Source: Laetmonice hystrix (Eukaryota). From it: DNA of 64,000 nucleotides. The notes beneath the pieces were generated by a model. That model saw nothing but the letters and a program-made list of their open reading frames with translations. It did not search any database and was not told the DNA's origin. Positions 25,288 to 40,260 of the stretch are shown here, in pieces (within the stretch, counting starts at the first letter, position 1; every line of letters starts with the position of its first letter). The DNA lies in the NCBI GenBank assembly GCA_965235115.1, contig OZ249436.1:4342001-4406000 (forward strand), read 5' to 3'. The position numbers and the translations under genes are program-made.

Positions 25288-25311
25288 GGATGGCATCCGT
25301 ACAGATCTAGA

Positions 25312-25644
25312 TCATAGGGCGTGAGACTGGTGTTTAGGTATGCTATCCTAGTCTAAACCATGGGGCGTGGGACTGGTCTTTAGGTATGTTATCCTAGCCT
25401 AAACCATGGGGCGTGGGACTGGTGTTTAGGTATGTTATCCTAGCCTAAACCATGGGGCGTGGGACTGGTGTTTAGGTATGCTATCCTAGCCTAAACCATG
25501 GGGCGTGGGACTGGTGTTTAGGTTAAACCATGGGGCGTGGGACTGGTGTTTAGGTTAAACCATGGGGCGTGGGACTGGTGTTTAGGTTAAACCATGGGGC
25601 GTGGGACTGGTGTTTAGGTATGTTAACCTAGCCTGAATCATGGT
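25312..25644. repeat. Tandem array, 46-bp unit with shorter deletion variants, about 8 units
   Basis: catggggcgtgggactggtgtttaggtatgttatcctagcctaaac. Confidence 0.92.
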
Positions 25645-25662
25645 GTATGCAGATGAACCTGG

Positions 25663-28307
25663 ATATATTGAGTCCGAGTTTTGTACTGAGGACATCAAGA
25701 TTGAGTCCGAGTTTTGTACTGACGACATCTATATTGAGTCCGAGTTTTGTACTGAGGACATCTATATTGAGTCCGAGTTTTGTACTGACGACATCTATAT
25801 TGAGTCCGAGTTTTGTACTGAGGACATCTATATTGAGTCCGAGTTTTGTACTGACGACATCTATATTGAGTCCGAGTTTTGTACTGAGGACATCTATATT
25901 GAGTCCGAGTTTTGTACTGACGACATCTATATTGAGTCCGAGTTTTGTACTGACGACATCTATATTGAGTCCGAGTTTTGTACTGACGACATCTATATTG
26001 AGTCCGAGTTTTGTACTGACGACATCTATATTGAGTCCGAGTTTTGTACTGACGACATCTATATTGAGTCCGAGTTTTGTACTGACGACATCTATATTGA
26101 GTCCGAGTTTTGTACTGACGACATCTATATTGAGTCCGAGTTTTGTACTGACGACATCTATATTGAGTCCGAGTTTTGTACTGACGACATCTATATTGAG
26201 TCCGAGTTTTGTACTGAGGACATCTATATTGAGTCCGAGTTTTGTACTGACGACATCTATATTGAGTCCGAGTTTTGTACTGACGACATCTATATTGAGT
26301 CCGTGTTTTGTACTGACGACATCTATATTGAGTCCGAGTTTTGTACTGACGACATCTATATTGAGTCCGAGTTTTGTACTGACGACATCTATATTGAGTC
26401 CGAGTTTTGTACTGACGACATCTATATTGAGTCCGAGTTTTGTACTGACGACATCTATATTGAGTCCGTGTTTTGTACTGACGACATCTATATTGAGTCC
26501 GAGTTTTGTACTGACGACATCTATATATTGAGTCCGAGTTTTGTACTGACGACATCTATATTGAGTCCGAGTTTTGTACTGACGACATCTATATTGAGTC
26601 CGAGTTTTGTACTGACGACATCTATATTGAGTCCGTGTTTTGTACTGACGACATCTATATTGAGTCCGAGTTTTGTACTGAGGACATCTATATTGAGTCC
26701 GAGTTTTGTACTGACGACATCTATATTGAGTCCGTGTTTTGTACTGAGGACATCTATATTGAGTCCGAGTTTTGTACTGACGACATCTATATTGAGTCCG
26801 AGTTTTGTACTGACGACATCTATATTGAGTCCGTGTTTTGTACTGACGACATCTATATTGAGTCCGAGTTTTGTACTGACGACATCTATACTGAGTCCGA
26901 GTTTTGTACTGACGACATCTATATTGAGTCCGTGTTTTGTACTGAGGACATCTATATTGAGTCCGAGTTTTGTACTGACGACATCTATATTGAGTCCGTG
27001 TTTTGTACTGACGACATCTATATTCAGTCCGAGTTTTGTACTGACGACATCTATATTGAGTCCGAGTTTTGTACTGACGACATCTATATATTGAGTCCGA
27101 GTTTTGTACTGACGACATCTATATTGAGTCCGAGTTTTGTACTGAGGACATCTATATTGAGTCCGAGTTTTGTACTGACGACATCTATATTGAGTCCGTG
27201 TTTTGTACTGACGACATCTATATTGAGTCCGAGTTTTGTACTGACGACATCTATATTGAGTCCGAGTTTTGTACTGACGACATCTATATTGAGTCAGGGT
27301 TTTGTACTGACGACATCTATATTGAGTCCGAGTTTTGTACTGAGGACATCTATATTGAGTCCGAGTTTTGTACTGACGACATCTATATTGAGTCCGAGTT
27401 TTGTACTGAGGACATCTATATTGAGTCCGAGTTTTGTACTGACGACATCTATATTGAGTCCGTGTTTTGTACTGACGACATCTATATTGAGTCCGAGTTT
27501 TGTACTGACGACATCTATATTGAGTCCGAGTTTTGTACTGAGGACATCTATATTGAGTCCGAGTTTTGTACTGACGACATCTATATTGAGTCCGTGTTTT
27601 GTACTGACGACATCTATATTGAGTCCGAGTTTTGTACTGACGACATCTATATTGAGTCCGAGTTTTGTACTGACGACATCTATATTGAGTCCGAGTTTTG
27701 TACTGACGACATCTATATTGAGTCCGAGTTTTGTACTGACGACATCTATATTGAGTCCGAGTTTTGTACTGACGACATCTATATTGAGTCCGAGTTTTGT
27801 ACTGACGACATCTATATTGAGTCCGAGTTTTGTACTGACGACATCTATATTGAGTCCGAGTTTTGTACTGACGACATCTATATTGAGTCCGAGTTTTGTA
27901 CTGACGACATCTATATTGAGTCCGAGTTTTGTACTGACGACATCTATATTAAGTCCGAGTTTTGTACTGACGACATCTATATTGAGTCCGAGTTTTGTAC
28001 TGACGACATCTATATTGAGTCCGAGTTTTGTACTGACGACATCTATATTGAGTCCGAGTTTTGTACTGACGACATCTATATTGAGTCCGAGTTTTGTACT
28101 GACATCTATATTGAGTCCGAGTTTTGTACTGACGACATCTATATTGAGTCCGAGTTTTGTACTGACGACATCTATATTGAGTCCGAGTTTTGTACTGACG
28201 ACATCTATATTGAGTCCGAGTTTTGTACTGACGACATCTATATTGAGTCCGAGTTTTGTACTGACGACATCTATATTGAGTCCGAGTTTTGTACTGACGA
28301 CATCTAT
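25663..28307. repeat. Tandem array, 33-bp unit, about 80 copies
   Basis: tatattgagtccgagttttgtactgacgacatc. Confidence 0.97.
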
Positions 28308-29002
28308 CCGTACTGTATCCCAGTGGTGTAGTTAATTAATGCTACCTTGACCTGTCAGTGAGCTCTAGACCCACGTGTGTTCGCTTCTGGGACGTCTTGC
28401 GGTTGGTCGTTAATTTTAGACAGTCACGAGTCACACGGGAAGTGAACCACTTCATGACAACCACTCAATGTCTCCAGACTTCACGACGCTGACAGGAAAC
28501 GCTTCAATTTTAATAGGTTTTTTGTAACACATACGGTTTTTGTAGCAGATAATGAAAACGATGATGATATCAGTTTGTATCCGTTGCTTTTAAACTGCCA
28601 AATTTGATAGATGATCTTTTAATTTTAGGGGAAAACACCGTCTTTTCTCTTCCGGTGAGCTGTCTATCTCTCATGCAAGATACTTTTAGAAATATTATTT
28701 TTACTTCATAGTTGGCGATCTTGGCAAACTATAACTCTTTTTCTCCGAATAATCAATTATTGAGTTAGATTTTTTTTATCGTGTTCTGTATGCCAAAGGA
28801 GACTGCGTTCCAAGTTATAAAGCCTCACTTGAAGTGGCCATGCAGCAGTGACAAGGATGTTAGGTGAATGGTTGGCCTGCCCGCCGAGCCCTGGCCACAG
28901 CCTGCAGGTTAATGTAAGTGAGCCAGCAGTCAGCTGATGGAGGTGTAATCATAGGTGTCTGAAAACGGCACCAAGTGTAAACCGATCAAGGTGAAGGTCA
29001 TC

Positions 29003-30167
29003 GACCGCACCACAGCCACGGGTGGAGGTTAAAACAACGGTTACCAGCTGAATGTAAACCTTTCCCTCACTGACCGCCACCACAGCCACGGGTGGAGGTT
29101 AAACAATAGTTACCAGCTGAATGTAAACCTTTCCCTCACTGACCGCCACCACAGCCACGGGTGGAGGTTAAACAATAGTTACCAGCTGAATGTAAACCTT
29201 TCCCTCACTGACCGCACCACAGCCACGGGTGGAGGTTAAACAATAGTTACCAGCTGAATGTAAACCTTTCCCTCACTGACCGCCACCACAGCCACGGGTG
29301 GAGGTTAAACAATAGTTACCAGCTGAATGTAAACCTTTCCCTCACTGACCGCACCACAGCCACGGGTGGAGGTTATACAATAGTTACCAGCTGAATGTAA
29401 ACCTTTCCCTCCCTGACCGCCACGACAGCCACGGGTGGAGGTTAAACAATAGTTACCAGCTGAATGTAAACCTTTCCCTCACTGACCGCACCACAGCCAC
29501 GGGTGGAGGTTAAACAATAGTTACCAGCTGAATGTAAACCTTTCCCTCACTGACCGCACCACAGCCACGGGTGGAGGTTAAACAATAGTTACCAGCTGAA
29601 TGTAAACCTTTCCCTCACTGACCGCCACCACAGCCACGGGTGGAGGTTAAACAATAGTTACCAGCTGAATGTAAACCTTTCCCTCACTGACCGCACCACA
29701 GCCACGGGTGGAGGTTATACAATAGTTACCAGCTGAATGTAAACCTTTCCCTCCCTGACCGCCACGACAGCCACGGGTGGAGGTTAAACAATAGTTACCA
29801 GCTGAATGTAAACCTTTCCCTCACTGACCGCACCACAGCCACGGGTGGAGGTTAAACAATAGTTACCAGCTGAATGTAAACCTTTCCCTCACTGACCGCA
29901 CCACAGCCACGGGTGGAGGTTAAACAATAGTTACCAGCTGAATGTAAACCTTTCCCTCACTGACCGCACCACAGCCACGGGTGGAGGTTAAACAATAGTT
30001 ACCAGCTGAATGTAAACCTTTCCCTCACTGACCGCCCACAGCCACGGGTGGAGGTTAAACAATAGTTACCAGCTGAATGTAAACCTTTCCCTCACTGACC
30101 GCCCACAGCCACGGGTGGAGGTTAAACAATAGTTACCAGCTGAATGTAAACCTTTCCCTCACTGACC
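29003..30167. repeat. Tandem array, 68/69-bp unit, about 17 copies
   Basis: gaccgcaccacagccacgggtggaggttaaacaatagttaccagctgaatgtaaacctttccctcact. Confidence 0.96.
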
Positions 30168-30605
30168 GGCTCTCGTACAAAATAACTTGAAGGTGTATAT
30201 GCCCCAGTTGACTTTGGTTGTAAATCCTACTGGCTGATAGAGAATTGAATAAGACAGAAAGTCACCACCTCAAATAATAGGGGCGTATGAAGGTTTGAAT
30301 TAAGTGTTTGATCTAGACTATTGTTTGTCCCAAACACAGTGTTGCTACAATGCGCAGTTCATCTAGTGAGTGTAATAATTTTTTTCGTTTTGTATTGAGT
30401 ATCACTTATCGTGGCTGGTAGTGATATTCATTACGTAATTTAGGAATGAGCTACAATACTTGGTAATCTGCTGATGTTGCTTGATGAGGACATATTGATT
30501 AGAAACCGGAACATGCAGACCATACGCCTACTAATTAGAAAAGGAACGGTAGACGGCAGTTAAAAAACTCGGGCTCGTAATCGTAGCTCGGCCGCTCGCT
30601 GGGCC

Positions 30606-30660
30606 GTGGTGGTGGTGGTGGTGGTGGTGGTGGTGGTGGTGGTGGTGGTGGGGGGGGGGG
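30606..30660. repeat. (GGT)n microsatellite followed by poly-G
   Basis: Read directly. Confidence 0.93.
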
Positions 30661-30886
30661 TATAAAAAGGAAGGCCTACTGGCCGGAGGTTATAAGAGTT
30701 AGACGTGACGCAAGCATCTCAAGTACACAAGGTCAGGCTGTTAGTAATTCACAGGCTTTCCCCAGATCTTGACTGCGTCATTCTTACCTGGAATGGTTTC
30801 AGTGGCGATCGGTCATCCTTCCGTAGTTCATTGTTCATTTTTCATTTTTTGGAATATTTCCTGTCGTTACGTGACGCGAGGTATGT
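30661..30886 (+). promoter_or_regulatory. Candidate TATA promoter and non-coding first exon (possibly of the Kir gene)
   Basis: TATAAAA at 30661 after a (GGT)n and G tract; CRE-like GTGACG motifs; donor GAG|GTATGT at 30881; lies in a unique island between arrays. Confidence 0.4.
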
Positions 30887-30933
30887 GTTTCTCCTACTGA
30901 ATATAACGGATTCCTCTAGTAAGGATGGTTTAA

Positions 30934-32285
30934 TGATCAGTGTGACCTAGAGATCTCTACCCACAATCATTGCCAGTGTTTGAGGTGAGCTGGGTCGGTG
31001 GAGGGACCGGTCACACACATTGTATGTGATGGTCAGTGTGACCTATAGATCTATACACAGACTACCCACAATCATTGCCAGTGTTTGAGGTGAGCTAGGT
31101 CGGTGGAGGGGACCGGTCACACACATTGTATGTGATGGTCAGTGTGACCTATAGATCTATACACAGACTACCCACAATCATTGCCAGTGTTTGAGGTGAG
31201 CTGGGTCGGTGGAGGGACCGGTCACACACATTGTATGTGATGGTCAGTGTGACCTATAGATCTATACACAGACTACCCACAATCATTGCCAGTGTTTGAG
31301 GTGAGCTAGGTCGGTGGAGGGACCGGTCACACACATTGTATGTGATGGTCAGTGTGACCTATAGATCTATACACAGACTACCCACAATCATTGCCAGTGT
31401 TTGAGGTGAGCTAGGTCGGTGGTGGGACCGGTCACACACATTGTATGTGATGGTCACTGTGACCTATAGATCTATACACAGACTACCCACAATCATTGCC
31501 AGTGTTTGAGGTGAGCTAGGTCGGTGGAGGGACCGGTCACACACATTGTATGTGATGGTCAGTGTGACCTATAGATCTATACACAGACTACCCACAATCA
31601 TTGCCAGTGTTTGAGGTGAGCTAGGTCGGTGGAGGGGGCGGGTCACACACATTGTATGTGATGGTCAGTGTGACCTATAGATCTATACACAGACTACCCA
31701 CAATCATTGCCAGTGTTTGAGGTGAGCTGGGTCGGTGGAGGGGACGGGTCACACACATTGTATGTGATGGTCACTGTGACCTATAGATCTATACACAGAC
31801 TACCCACAATCATTGCCAGTGTTTGAGGTGAGCTGGGTCGGTGGAGGGGACGGGTCACACACATTGTATGTGATGGTCACTGTGACCTATAGATCTATAC
31901 ACAGACTACCCACAATCATTGCCAGTGTTTGAGGTGAGCTAGGTCGGTGGAGGGGACGGGTCACACACATTGTATGTGATGGTCAGTGTGACCTATAGAT
32001 CTATACACAGACTACCCACAATCATTGCCAGTGTTTGAGGTGAGCTGGGTCGGTGGAGGGGACGGGTCACACACATTGTATGTGATGGTCACTGTGACCT
32101 ATAGATCTATACACAGACTACCCACAATCATTGCCAGTGTTTGAGGTGAGCTAGGTCGGTGGTGGGACCGGTCACACACATTGTATGTGATGGTCAGTGT
32201 GACCTATAGATCTATACACAGACTACCCACAATCATTGCCAGTGTTTGAGGTGAGCTAGGTCGGTGGAGGGGACGGGTCACACAC
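30934..32285. repeat. Tandem array, 105/106-bp unit, about 13 copies
   Basis: cccacaatca recurs at 31171, 31381 and 31591 (spacing 2 x 105). Confidence 0.96.
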
Positions 32286-33551
32286 TGTTTCAACCTTCTC
32301 GCGAATTATAATCCTAAGCCGTTTTTTCCTAAGAAATGCACTCAAATCAAATGACTAGATAAAATAAAGTTTCAGTTTTGAAGTTAATACTAACAAAACC
32401 TTTTTGGTTTCTTAAATAAAGCACTTTATCTGCCAGCGAGCCAGTTTTATATATCATGTTTGGATTGATCCTAATGGGCCAGACGTCTGGGTCTTTTTAA
32501 ATTTACATTCGGAGCGTTCATTTGTAGATTTTTTACGTCCGGATAAAGGGTGGCAAACATTCGTCGTGGACGGTCGCAAATTGTGAAAGAGGATAGAGAC
32601 TCAACAAGCATTATGTAATAATGAATTAAGTTTTATAATATACCGGTACATTGAACAGCAGGGTTACAAATGCAGGTCTCTAATTGAATCTAATGTATAG
32701 GCTTACTCCTGCACTAGTTCTATTTACTCACCGTCGATTGTTGTGAAGGTGATCTGATAAAAAGTCCCTTCCCCTGAGTCAGTGGTCTGTATTCAATTAC
32801 TGTAAATGTTACAGGTCATTGGTCCATCACTAAGCACGCAAGTCTAACATAATAGGCGCTCTATACTCTGGCTCTCTCGGTCTGTCTCTAACTCTCTCTC
32901 TCTCTCTTAGTCTCTCTGTCTCTCTGAGCCTCTCTATCTGAGTCTCTCTCTCTCATTCCCGATTGTACATCATGATCATAGAAAACTGCCAACTTATGAT
33001 TCAGCCCTTATTTATGATACGCTTTACTCTCCCAAACTGATTGCAGTTTGTGTGTTGCTGTAAAATAGCAATAGACACAAACCTTGCCCTGTTATGTTTC
33101 TCGAACAAAGCGGGTACATCAGATTATTGACGTATGAAGTTAGAAACGTTCGTTGGATAGTTGGAGTACGTCGGTCACGAGGTCTGACGACAAGGCGGCC
33201 GCAAGGTGTCGCCCCAGTCTGCCGTACCACACTCGGCGGCCAACTTTAGCTGGTCTTTGATCAGGTCCTGTTTCTGTATATGTTATATATACGTTGTATA
33301 TCCGTGCGGGGATCCACATAGAAACGTACACCTGGCTTGCCTTCACGTACGGCCTTTGATGGAGACAGAGCAAAGGTTGAAGGACCAGTAAGTGCACTCA
33401 TAGCCCGGCCAGGGAACACGTGTACGACATATAACCAGGTACAGGACGGAGGGAACAATTCCCAGACCATTGGTGTTATACTTTAAAATAAGGAGGGGGG
33501 CTGGAACATTACAGGGTGTCTTTAAAATAGGGAGTGCTGGGGTTGGGGTGG

Positions 33552-33729
33552 TATATCCCACATGGTAACTTAAAACCATGCACGAAATTTGGTCCGAAGT
33601 AAAGATCCCTAACCCTGACCTTATCCTTAACCCCTAACCCCGGGACAAAATACATATCCCTATCCTATCCCTGACCTTAACCCGAACCCCTACCCACAAA
33701 TTTTGTCTGGAAGTTACCACGCGGGAATA
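33552..33729. mobile_element. Small MITE-like element containing degenerate CCCTAA hexamers
   Basis: Inverted ends tcccacatggtaactt and aagttaccacgcggga; interior ccctaaccctgaccttatccttaacccctaacccc. Confidence 0.45.
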
Positions 33730-34245
33730 ATCGGAGAAGTGGACATCCCCGAAACATTGACCCACACAGAGTGTATCTAAAATAATGGGTGAAACGCTAG
33801 ATAATGTCCTGGATATCCAATATCTATGGTTGATTAGTTATGGTTATGACACGCATTCTCCGCCAAGATATACGTATCCTGCTACTGTCACACGGTGTTC
33901 AAATATTCATTACGTCACATCGTCAAGCAAAACAAAATGACATGTCATATGTTTTCCAGGATATTATAAAAAAAAATTAATGGAAACGCACAACATTTCA
34001 TATTTTGTTAATGAATTCGTCCATTAGGAACTTGTTGCTGCTATATAGACAGGTACTCCGTCCTGTGGCCCAATCATCGTAATGTTCTACAAGACCCCGA
34101 GCTCAGTCAGTGATTTGTGAAATGTTTTTGCTCATGACGTAAGCCTAAAACTAATCATTATGAGTGTTCTCTTGTCAGGGTGTAAGACCTTCCCATATGT
34201 CTGGGCCAGAGCGCTGACTTCATTGAAGTTTTAATTCGGTGATTG

Positions 34246-36633
34246 CCAGTCCCTCTTGCCCACAGTATGACATTGTAATGCTGATGTTCTCTCTATCTCC
34301 CTATCCCAGTGCCTCTTGCCCACAGTATGACATTGTAATGCTGATGTTCTCTCTATCTCCCTATCCCAGTGCCTCTTGCCCACAGTATGACATTGTAATG
34401 CTGATGTTCTCTCTATCTCCCTATCCCAGTGCCTCTTGCCCACAGTATGACATTGTAATGCTGATGTTCTCTCTATCTCCCTATCCCAGTGCCTCTTGCC
34501 CACAGTATGACATTGTAATGCTGATGTTCTCTCTATCTCCCTATCCCAGTGCCTCTTGCCCACAGTATGACATTGTAATGCTGATGTTCTCTCTATCCCC
34601 CTATCCCAGTGCCTCTTGCCCACAGTATGACATTGTAATGCTGATGTTCTCTCTATCCCCCTATCCCAGTGCCTCTTGCCCACAGTATGACATTGTAATG
34701 CTCATGTTCTCTCTATCCCCCTATCCCAGTGCCTCTTGCCCACAGTATGACATTGTAAGGCTGATGTTCTCCCTATCCCCCTATCCCAGTGCCTCTTGCC
34801 CACAGTATGACATTGTAATGCTGATGTTCTCTCTATCCCCCTATCCCAGTGCCTCTTGCCCACAGTATGACATTGTAATGCTGATGTTCTCTCTATCCCC
34901 CTATCCCAGTGCCTCTTGCCCACAGTATGACATTGTAAGGCTGACGTTCTCTCTATCCCCCTATCCCAGTGCCTCTTGCCCACAGTATGACATTGTAATG
35001 CTGATGTTCTCTCTATCCCCCTATCCCAGTGCCTCTTGCCCACAGTATGACATTGTAATGCTGATGTTCTCTCTATCTCCCTATCCCAGTGCCTCTTGCC
35101 CACAGTATGACATTGTAATGCTGATGTTCTCCCTATCTCTCTATCCCAGTGCCTCTTGCCCACAGTATGACATTGTAATGCTGATGTTCTCTCTATCCCC
35201 CTATCCCAGTGCCTCTTGCCCACAGTATGACATTGTAATGCTGAGGTTCTCCCTATCTCTCTATCCCAGTGCCTCTTGCCCACAGTATGACATTGTAATG
35301 CTGATGTTCTCTCTATCCCCCTATCCCAGTGCCTCTTGCCCACAGTATGACATTGTAATGCTGATGTTCTCCCTATCTCCCTATCCCAGTGCCTCTTGCC
35401 CACAGTATGACATTGTAATGCTGACGTTCTCTCTATCCCCCTATCCCAGTGCCTCTTGCCCACAGTATGACATTGTAATGCTGACGTTCTCTCTATCTCC
35501 CTATCCCAGTGCCTCTTGCCCACAGTATGACATTGTAATGCTGATGTTCTCTCTCTCTCCCTATCCCAGTGCCTCTTGCCCACAGTATGACATTGTAATG
35601 CTGATGTTCTCTCTATCCCCCTATCCCAGTGCCTCTTGCCCACAGTATGACATTGTAATGCTGATGTTCTCTCTATCTCCCTATCCCAGTGCCTCTTGCC
35701 CACAGTATGACATTGTAATGCTGATGTTCTCCCTATCTCCCTATCCCAGTGCCTCTTGCCCACAGTATGACATTGTAATGCTGATGTTCTCTCTATCTCT
35801 CTATCCCAGTGCCTCTTGCCCACAGTATGACATTGTAATGCTGATGTTCTCTCTATCCCCCTATCCCAGTGCCTCTTGCCCACAGTATGACATTGTAATG
35901 CTGATGTTCTCTCTATCTCCCTATCCCAGTGCCTCTTGCCCACAGTATGACATTGTAATGCTGATGTTCTCTCTATCCCCCTCTTGCCCACAGTATGACA
36001 TTGTAATGCTGACGTTCTATCTATCCCCCTATCCCAGTGCCTCTTGCCCACAGTATGACATTGTAATGCTGATGTTCTCCCTATCTCCCCATCCCAGTGC
36101 CTCTTGCCCACAGTATGACATTGTAATGCTGATGTTCTCTCTATCCCCCTATCCCAGTGCCTCTTGCCCAGTATGACATTGTAATGCTGACGTTCTCTCT
36201 ATCTCCCTATCCCAGTGCCTCTTGCCCACAGTATGACATTGTAATGCTGATGTTCTCTCTATCTCCCTATCCCAGTGCCTCTTGCCGACAGTATGACATT
36301 GTAATGCTGAGGTTCTCTCTATCCCCCTATCCCAGTGCCTCTTGCCCACAGTATGACATTGTAATGCTGAGGTTCTCCCTATCTCTCTATCCCAGTGTCT
36401 CTTGCCCACAGTATGACATTGTAATGCTGATGTTCTCTCTACCCCCCTATCCCAGTGCCTCTTGCCCACAGTATGACATTGTAATGCTGATGTTCTATCT
36501 ATCCCCCTATCCCAGTGCCTCTTGCCCACAGTATGACATTGTAATGCTGATGTTCTCTCTATCCCCCTATCCCAGTGCCTCTTGCCCACAGTATGACATT
36601 GTAATGCTGATGTTCTCTCTATCCCCCTATCCC
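34246..36633. repeat. Tandem array, 60-bp unit, about 40 copies
   Basis: cacagtatgacattgtaatgctgatgttctctctatctccctatcccagtgcctcttgcc. Confidence 0.97.
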
Positions 36634-37275
36634 CAGTCTTGGCCTGACACTCAGTCCGCAGGTAACATAACCAGAATTGCCCGTTCTCCCTCAGTTATAA
36701 TCAGTATTTAAGGATCATATGGGGACAAATAACTCTCAGGACGTCTCCATCATGACCTCGGAAATTGTGGATAAGACTTGGTTTGTAAAACGAGGTAAGG
36801 TAGGATCTATTTTGTTTTTTCCCAGTAGATTCCAAATGAAGTGTGTAACCATCGACGGGAAACTTGGATCCGGATAAATTACCTGCATGTTAATTGACTT
36901 CTAAATCGACTGCTAAGGTATCGACACTCTCGTGCTGCAGGTTAATTACTAGCAGTGGGTCATGAACCTCCAATCAACACATTATTAATATCAGGATTGT
37001 TATAGGGTTCGAGTTGCTGTTATTATGTAATGTTGGGGATGTAGGCCTAGGTATAGGGTGGTAATCTTTCTGACATGATCTGATCGGATCCTCAGTCGAT
37101 TACACAACCATTCCTAGCCCACAGTTCCATGTCAATCATGGCTTCAAGGGTATTTGTGGAAACCCTAACATCAGCAGTGTCTTAATTAGCCAGCGGTGAA
37201 TCAACCCCTTGCGACATGACAGCATGTTGAGGCATTCATCGTATTTGATCCTCAGATAATCTGTTAATCTGATTA

Positions 37276-39190
37276 AGTGATCAGTCTCATCGTATCGTGT
37301 CTCAAGGGGCATTCAGTGATCAGTCTCATCGTATCGTGTCTCAAGGGGCATTCAGTGATCAGTCTCATCGTATCCTGTCTCAGTGATCAGTCTCATCGTA
37401 TCCTGTCTCAAGGGGCATTCAGTGATCAGTCTCATCGTATCGTGTCTCAAGGGGCATTCAGTGATCAGTCTCATCGTATCGTGTCTCAAGGGGCATTCAG
37501 TGATCAGTCTCATCGTATCCTGTCTCAGTGATCAGTCTCATCGTATCGTGTCTCAAGGGGCATTCAGTGATCAGTCTCATCGTATCGTGTCTCAAGGGAC
37601 GGTCAGTGATCAGTCTCATCGTATCGTGTCTCAAGGGGCATTCAGCGATCAGTCTCATCGTATCCTGTCTCAGTGATCAGTCTCATCGTATCCTGTCTCA
37701 GTGATCAGTCTCATCGCATCCTGTCTCAGTGATCAGTCTCATCGTATCCTGTCTCAAGGGGCGGTCAGTGATCAGTCTCATCGTATCCTGTCTCAAGGGG
37801 CGGTCAGTGATCAGTCTCATCGTATCCTGTCTCAAGGGGCGGTCAGTGATCAGTCTCATCGTATCCTGTCTCAAGGGGCGGTCAGTGATCAGTCTCATCG
37901 TATCCTGTCTCAAGGGGCGGTCAGTGATCAGTCTCATCGTATCCTGTCTCAAGGGGCATTCAGTGATCAGTCTCGTCGTATCCTGTCTCAAGGGGCATTA
38001 AGTGATCAGTCTCACCGTATCCTGTCTCAAGGGGCATTCAGTGATCAGTCTCATCGTATCATGTCTCAAGGGGCATTCAGTGATCAGTCTCACCGTATCG
38101 TGTCTCAAGGGGCGGTAAGTGATCAGTCTCATTGTATCCTGTCTCAGTGATCAGTCTCATCGTATCCTGTCTCAAGGGGCATTAAGTGATCAGTCTCATT
38201 GTATCCTGTCTCAAGGGGCATTCAGTGATCAGTCTCATCGTATCCTGTCTCAAGGGGCATTCAGTGATCAGTCTCGTCGTATCCTGTCTCAAGGGGCATT
38301 CAGTGATCAGTCTCACCGTATCGTGTCTCAAGGGGCGGTCAGTGATCAGTCTCATCGTATCGTGTCTCAAGGGGCGGCCAGTGATCAGTCTCATCGTATC
38401 CTGTCTCAATGGGCGGCCAGTGATCAGTCTCATCGTATCGTGTCTCAAGGGGCATTCAGTGATCAGTCTCATCGTGTCCTGTCTCAGTGATCAGTCTCAT
38501 CGTATCCTGTCTCAGTGATCAGTCTCATCGTATCCTGTCTCAGTGATCAGTCTCATCGTATCCTGTCTCAAGGGACATTCAGTGATCAGTCTCATCGTAT
38601 CCTGTCTCAAGGGACATTCAGTGATCAGTCTCATCGTATCCTGTCTCAAGGGGCGTTAAGTGATCAGTCTCACCGTATCCTGTCTCAAGGGACATTCAGT
38701 GATCAGTCTCACCGTATCCTGTCTCAAGGGACATTCAGTGATCAGTCTCATCGTATCCTGTCTCAAGGGGCGGTCAGTGATCAGTCTCATCGTATCGTGT
38801 CTCAAGGGGCATTCAGTGATCAGTCTCATCGTGTCCTGTCTCAGTGATCAGTCTCATCGTATCCTGTCTCAGTGATCAGTCTCATCGTATCCTGTCTCAG
38901 TGATCAGTCTCACCGTATCCTGTCTCAAGGGGTATTCAGTGATCAGTCTCATCGTATCCTGTCTCAAGGGGCGTTAAGTGATCAGTCTCACCGTATCCTG
39001 TCTCAAGGGGCATTCAGTGATCAGTCTCATCGTATCCTGTCTCAAGGGGCGGTCAGTGATCAGTCTCATCGTATCCTGTCTCATTGATCAGTCTCATCGT
39101 ATCCTGTCTCATTGATCAGTCTCATCGTATCCTGTCTCAAGGGGCGGTAAGTGATCAGTCTCATCGTATCCTGTCTCAAGGGGCGGTCAG
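37276..39190. repeat. Tandem array, mixed 39/28-bp units, about 52 units
   Basis: agtgatcagtctcatcgtatcctgtctc(aaggggcattc). Confidence 0.96.
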
Positions 39191-39304
39191 TCTGATGTCC
39201 TCACGATGTTCCCTATCTACCTATTCTGTGATGTTGGTTTGACATTGGCGCTTGTTGATGGGTATATTCTTCCGACCCCCGGGACCACGTATACCCTATT
39301 AAAC

Positions 39305-39580
39305 TATACCATATCATACCATACCATACCATACCATACCATACCATATCAACCCATACCATACCATATCAACCCATACCATATCAAACCATACCATACC
39401 ATACCATATCAACCCATACCATATCATTCCATACCATATCAACATATACCATATAATACCATACCATATCAACACATACCATATACCATATCATACCATA
39501 CCATATACCATACCATATCATACCATATATCATACCATATCATACCATATACCATACCATATCATATGATACCATACCAT
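39305..39580. repeat. Degenerate (ATACC)n pentanucleotide microsatellite
   Basis: Read directly. Confidence 0.92.
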
Positions 39581-39959
39581 AATGAGATGCGGCACGTACT
39601 GCCAGCCTTGACACGTACGTTTCACGTGTGTTATTTAATACCCAATAATTGTAGATATTTTACCCACGTGAGAAATCATTACCATTATATGTATAATGTA
39701 TAACGGAGGCGTCAGCCACAAAGTGATGGTAACAGTACATGTCTTCTCCAACAGATGTATACATAATATAGCAGTTGTACCCTCCCCGCCCTTGTCACCC
39801 GTTCCCACCCTCCGCAGGCTGGGGTATATACCTGAAGATGATAAAGGTATATTAATATTGATTGCCGTGAGTCTGAGACAACCAGAGGGTGGTACGGATG
39901 CCCTCGCATACCCGTGCTGATTACAGCCACTGTGCCTTTTGGTCGGTCTTACTTCGATC

Positions 39960-40260
39960 TAATAACTAATGGGGATCCCACCGTAAACGTATACAGACGG
40001 CGGAACAAGCCAACGAAAAACATCTGGTACAAAGTGTTCAGAAAACAACTCTCTAATTTATAATAACTATCGGGGATCCCACTGTAAACGTATACAGACG
40101 GCGGAACAACGAAAAACATCTTGTAGAAAGTGTTCAGAAAACAACTCTCTAATTTATAATAACTATCGGAGATCCCACTGTAAACGTATACAGACGGCGG
40201 AACAAGCCAACGAAAAACATCTGGTACAAAGTCTTCAGAAAACAACTCTCTAATTTATAA
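39960..40260. repeat. About 100-bp unit, 3 copies
   Basis: gatcccactgtaaacgtatacagacggcggaacaa...gttcagaaaacaactctctaatttataa. Confidence 0.9.

Noticed and set aside
24037..28307. CRISPR-like periodicity (28- and 33-bp repeats)
   Set aside because: Head-to-tail units with no unique spacers, no cas genes, and a eukaryotic context.
25628..28335. Long ORFs (ESEFCTDDIYI, RCRQYKTRTQY, LSPSFVLTTSI repeats)
   Set aside because: A 33-bp unit is open in several frames on both strands, and 2-bp insertions switch frames freely. The acidic Cys repeat looks intriguing but has no splice or start context.
34231..36711. 645- and 469-aa repeat ORFs
   Set aside because: A 60-bp unit without stops; frameshifting deletions at about 35980 and about 36170 argue against coding.
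37277..39087. Many SDQSHRILSQG / VISLIVSCLKG ORFs
   Set aside because: Mixed 39/28-bp units continually shift frame.
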